DNA of 64,000 nucleotides. It comes from Chloroflexota bacterium (lineage in GTDB: Bacteria > Chloroflexota > Anaerolineae > Anaerolineales > UBA11858). Location: contig JAANWX010000002.1 in the NCBI GenBank assembly GCA_018263575.1, positions 7,552 through 71,551 of the forward strand. Direction: 5' to 3'. The notes below the pieces were generated by a model. The model ran no database searches. It saw only the letters and a program-made list of their open reading frames with translations, and was not told the origin of the DNA. Position numbers and translations under genes: made by a program. Every line of letters begins with the position of its first letter. Position 1 is the first letter of the stretch. This document shows, one piece after another, positions 63,470 to 64,000 of this stretch.

Positions 63470-64000
63470 CTCCTTGATCGGCGCTGGTCACCATGCGGGC
63501 GTAACGCCGGAGCCAAGAGCTATTTGTGCGTGGCTCGAAGGGGGGTAAGGCGTTTAGGCGTTCTTGAATTTCTTGGTCTGACAAACGTACATTGATTGCT
63601 CGAGTTTCGAGATCGATTTCGACCACGTCTCCGTCTTGCAGGGCGGCGATGGGGCCCCGGGCGGCGGCTTCCGGGCTGACGTGCCCCACACAGGCGCCCC
63701 GCGTCCCGCCGGAAAAACGCCCATCAGTGATGAGGGCCACTTCTTCCCCCAATCCCATGCCCATGATGGCCGAGGTGGGGGAAAGCATCTCTTGCATGCC
63801 GGGTCCGCCGCGCGGCCCTTCGTAGCGGATGACGACGACCTCCCCCGGCTGGACTTCCCCATCCAGAATCCCGCGCATGGCGTCTTCCTGGCTCTCATAG
63901 ATGCGGGCGGGGCCGGCGTGTGTCCGCATGGAGGGGGCCACCCCGCCGGTCTTGATCACGGCCCCATCCGGGGCGAGGTTGCCGAAGAGGATGGCTAATC
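63456..64000 (-). CDS. ilvD: Dihydroxy-acid dehydratase, C-terminal part (N-terminus beyond the window)
   Basis: ..[20 protein letters not shown].., [15 protein letters not shown] and [14 protein letters not shown]. The frame is open to position 64000. Confidence 0.9.
   Translation of the reverse strand, partial: LAILFGNLAPDGAVIKTGGVAPSMRTHAGPARIYESQEDAMRGILDGEVQPGEVVVIRYEGPRGGPGMQEMLSPTSAIMGMGLGEEVALITDGRFSGGTRGACVGHVSPEAAARGPIAALQDGDVVEIDLETRAINVRLSDQEIQERLNALPPFEPRTNSSWLRRYARMVTSADQGAVLV

Overview
This window reads as 64 kb of chromosomal core genome. Gene content, operon layout and repeat families fit a Chloroflexota (Anaerolineae/Caldilineae-like) organism best, but that is inference from sequence only. 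I support about 57 protein genes and one tRNA-Ser(CGA).

Gene blocks, in order:
- tauE-like (truncated), rarD, pepF, nadE, lgt-like, then a GNAT-like gene, nfeD, an aminotransferase and gdhA.
- A pyrimidine operon on the minus strand: pyrC, pyrB, a pyrF-pyrE fusion and pyrD.
- A deoxynucleoside kinase, dnaN, and two membrane proteins.
- The rpsB-tsf-pyrH-frr-uppS-cdsA-glpX cluster.
- A very large multi-GAF hybrid histidine kinase, interrupted by an in-frame stop and an apparent frameshift.
- A divergent elp3 / Trm9-like methyltransferase pair.
- An orphan helicase-associated-like protein, a DagK-like kinase and a DUF429-like protein.
- An Ldh_2 dehydrogenase plus a LarA-like racemase, then clpC, an acyl-CoA dehydrogenase and three LiaF/DUF5668-like membrane proteins.
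- An aromatic amino acid operon: aroH, a DAHP synthase, tyrA and an aminotransferase.
- A long minus-strand operon: ilvD-ilvB-ilvN-ilvC-leuA-(65-aa ORF)-leuC-leuD-cimA-leuB-ilvE-pheA.

I found no transposase, integrase, CRISPR array or recognisable defence genes.

The most interesting signals are:
1. The bacterial Elp3 + Trm9-like pair.
2. Two consensus-promoter, near-leaderless leader-peptide attenuators (pyr and aro).
3. A translationally coupled 65-aa tandem-repeat micro-protein inside the leu operon.
4. Cyanobacterial-STRR-like heptamer/octamer arrays and mosaic mini-palindromes filling nearly every intercistronic gap. One of these elements is inserted in frame into pyrF, and several rewrite C-termini.
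5. The interrupted sensor kinase.
6. The LarA-like/Ldh_2 pair.

All coordinates and counts were made by hand from the sequence. No database search was possible.
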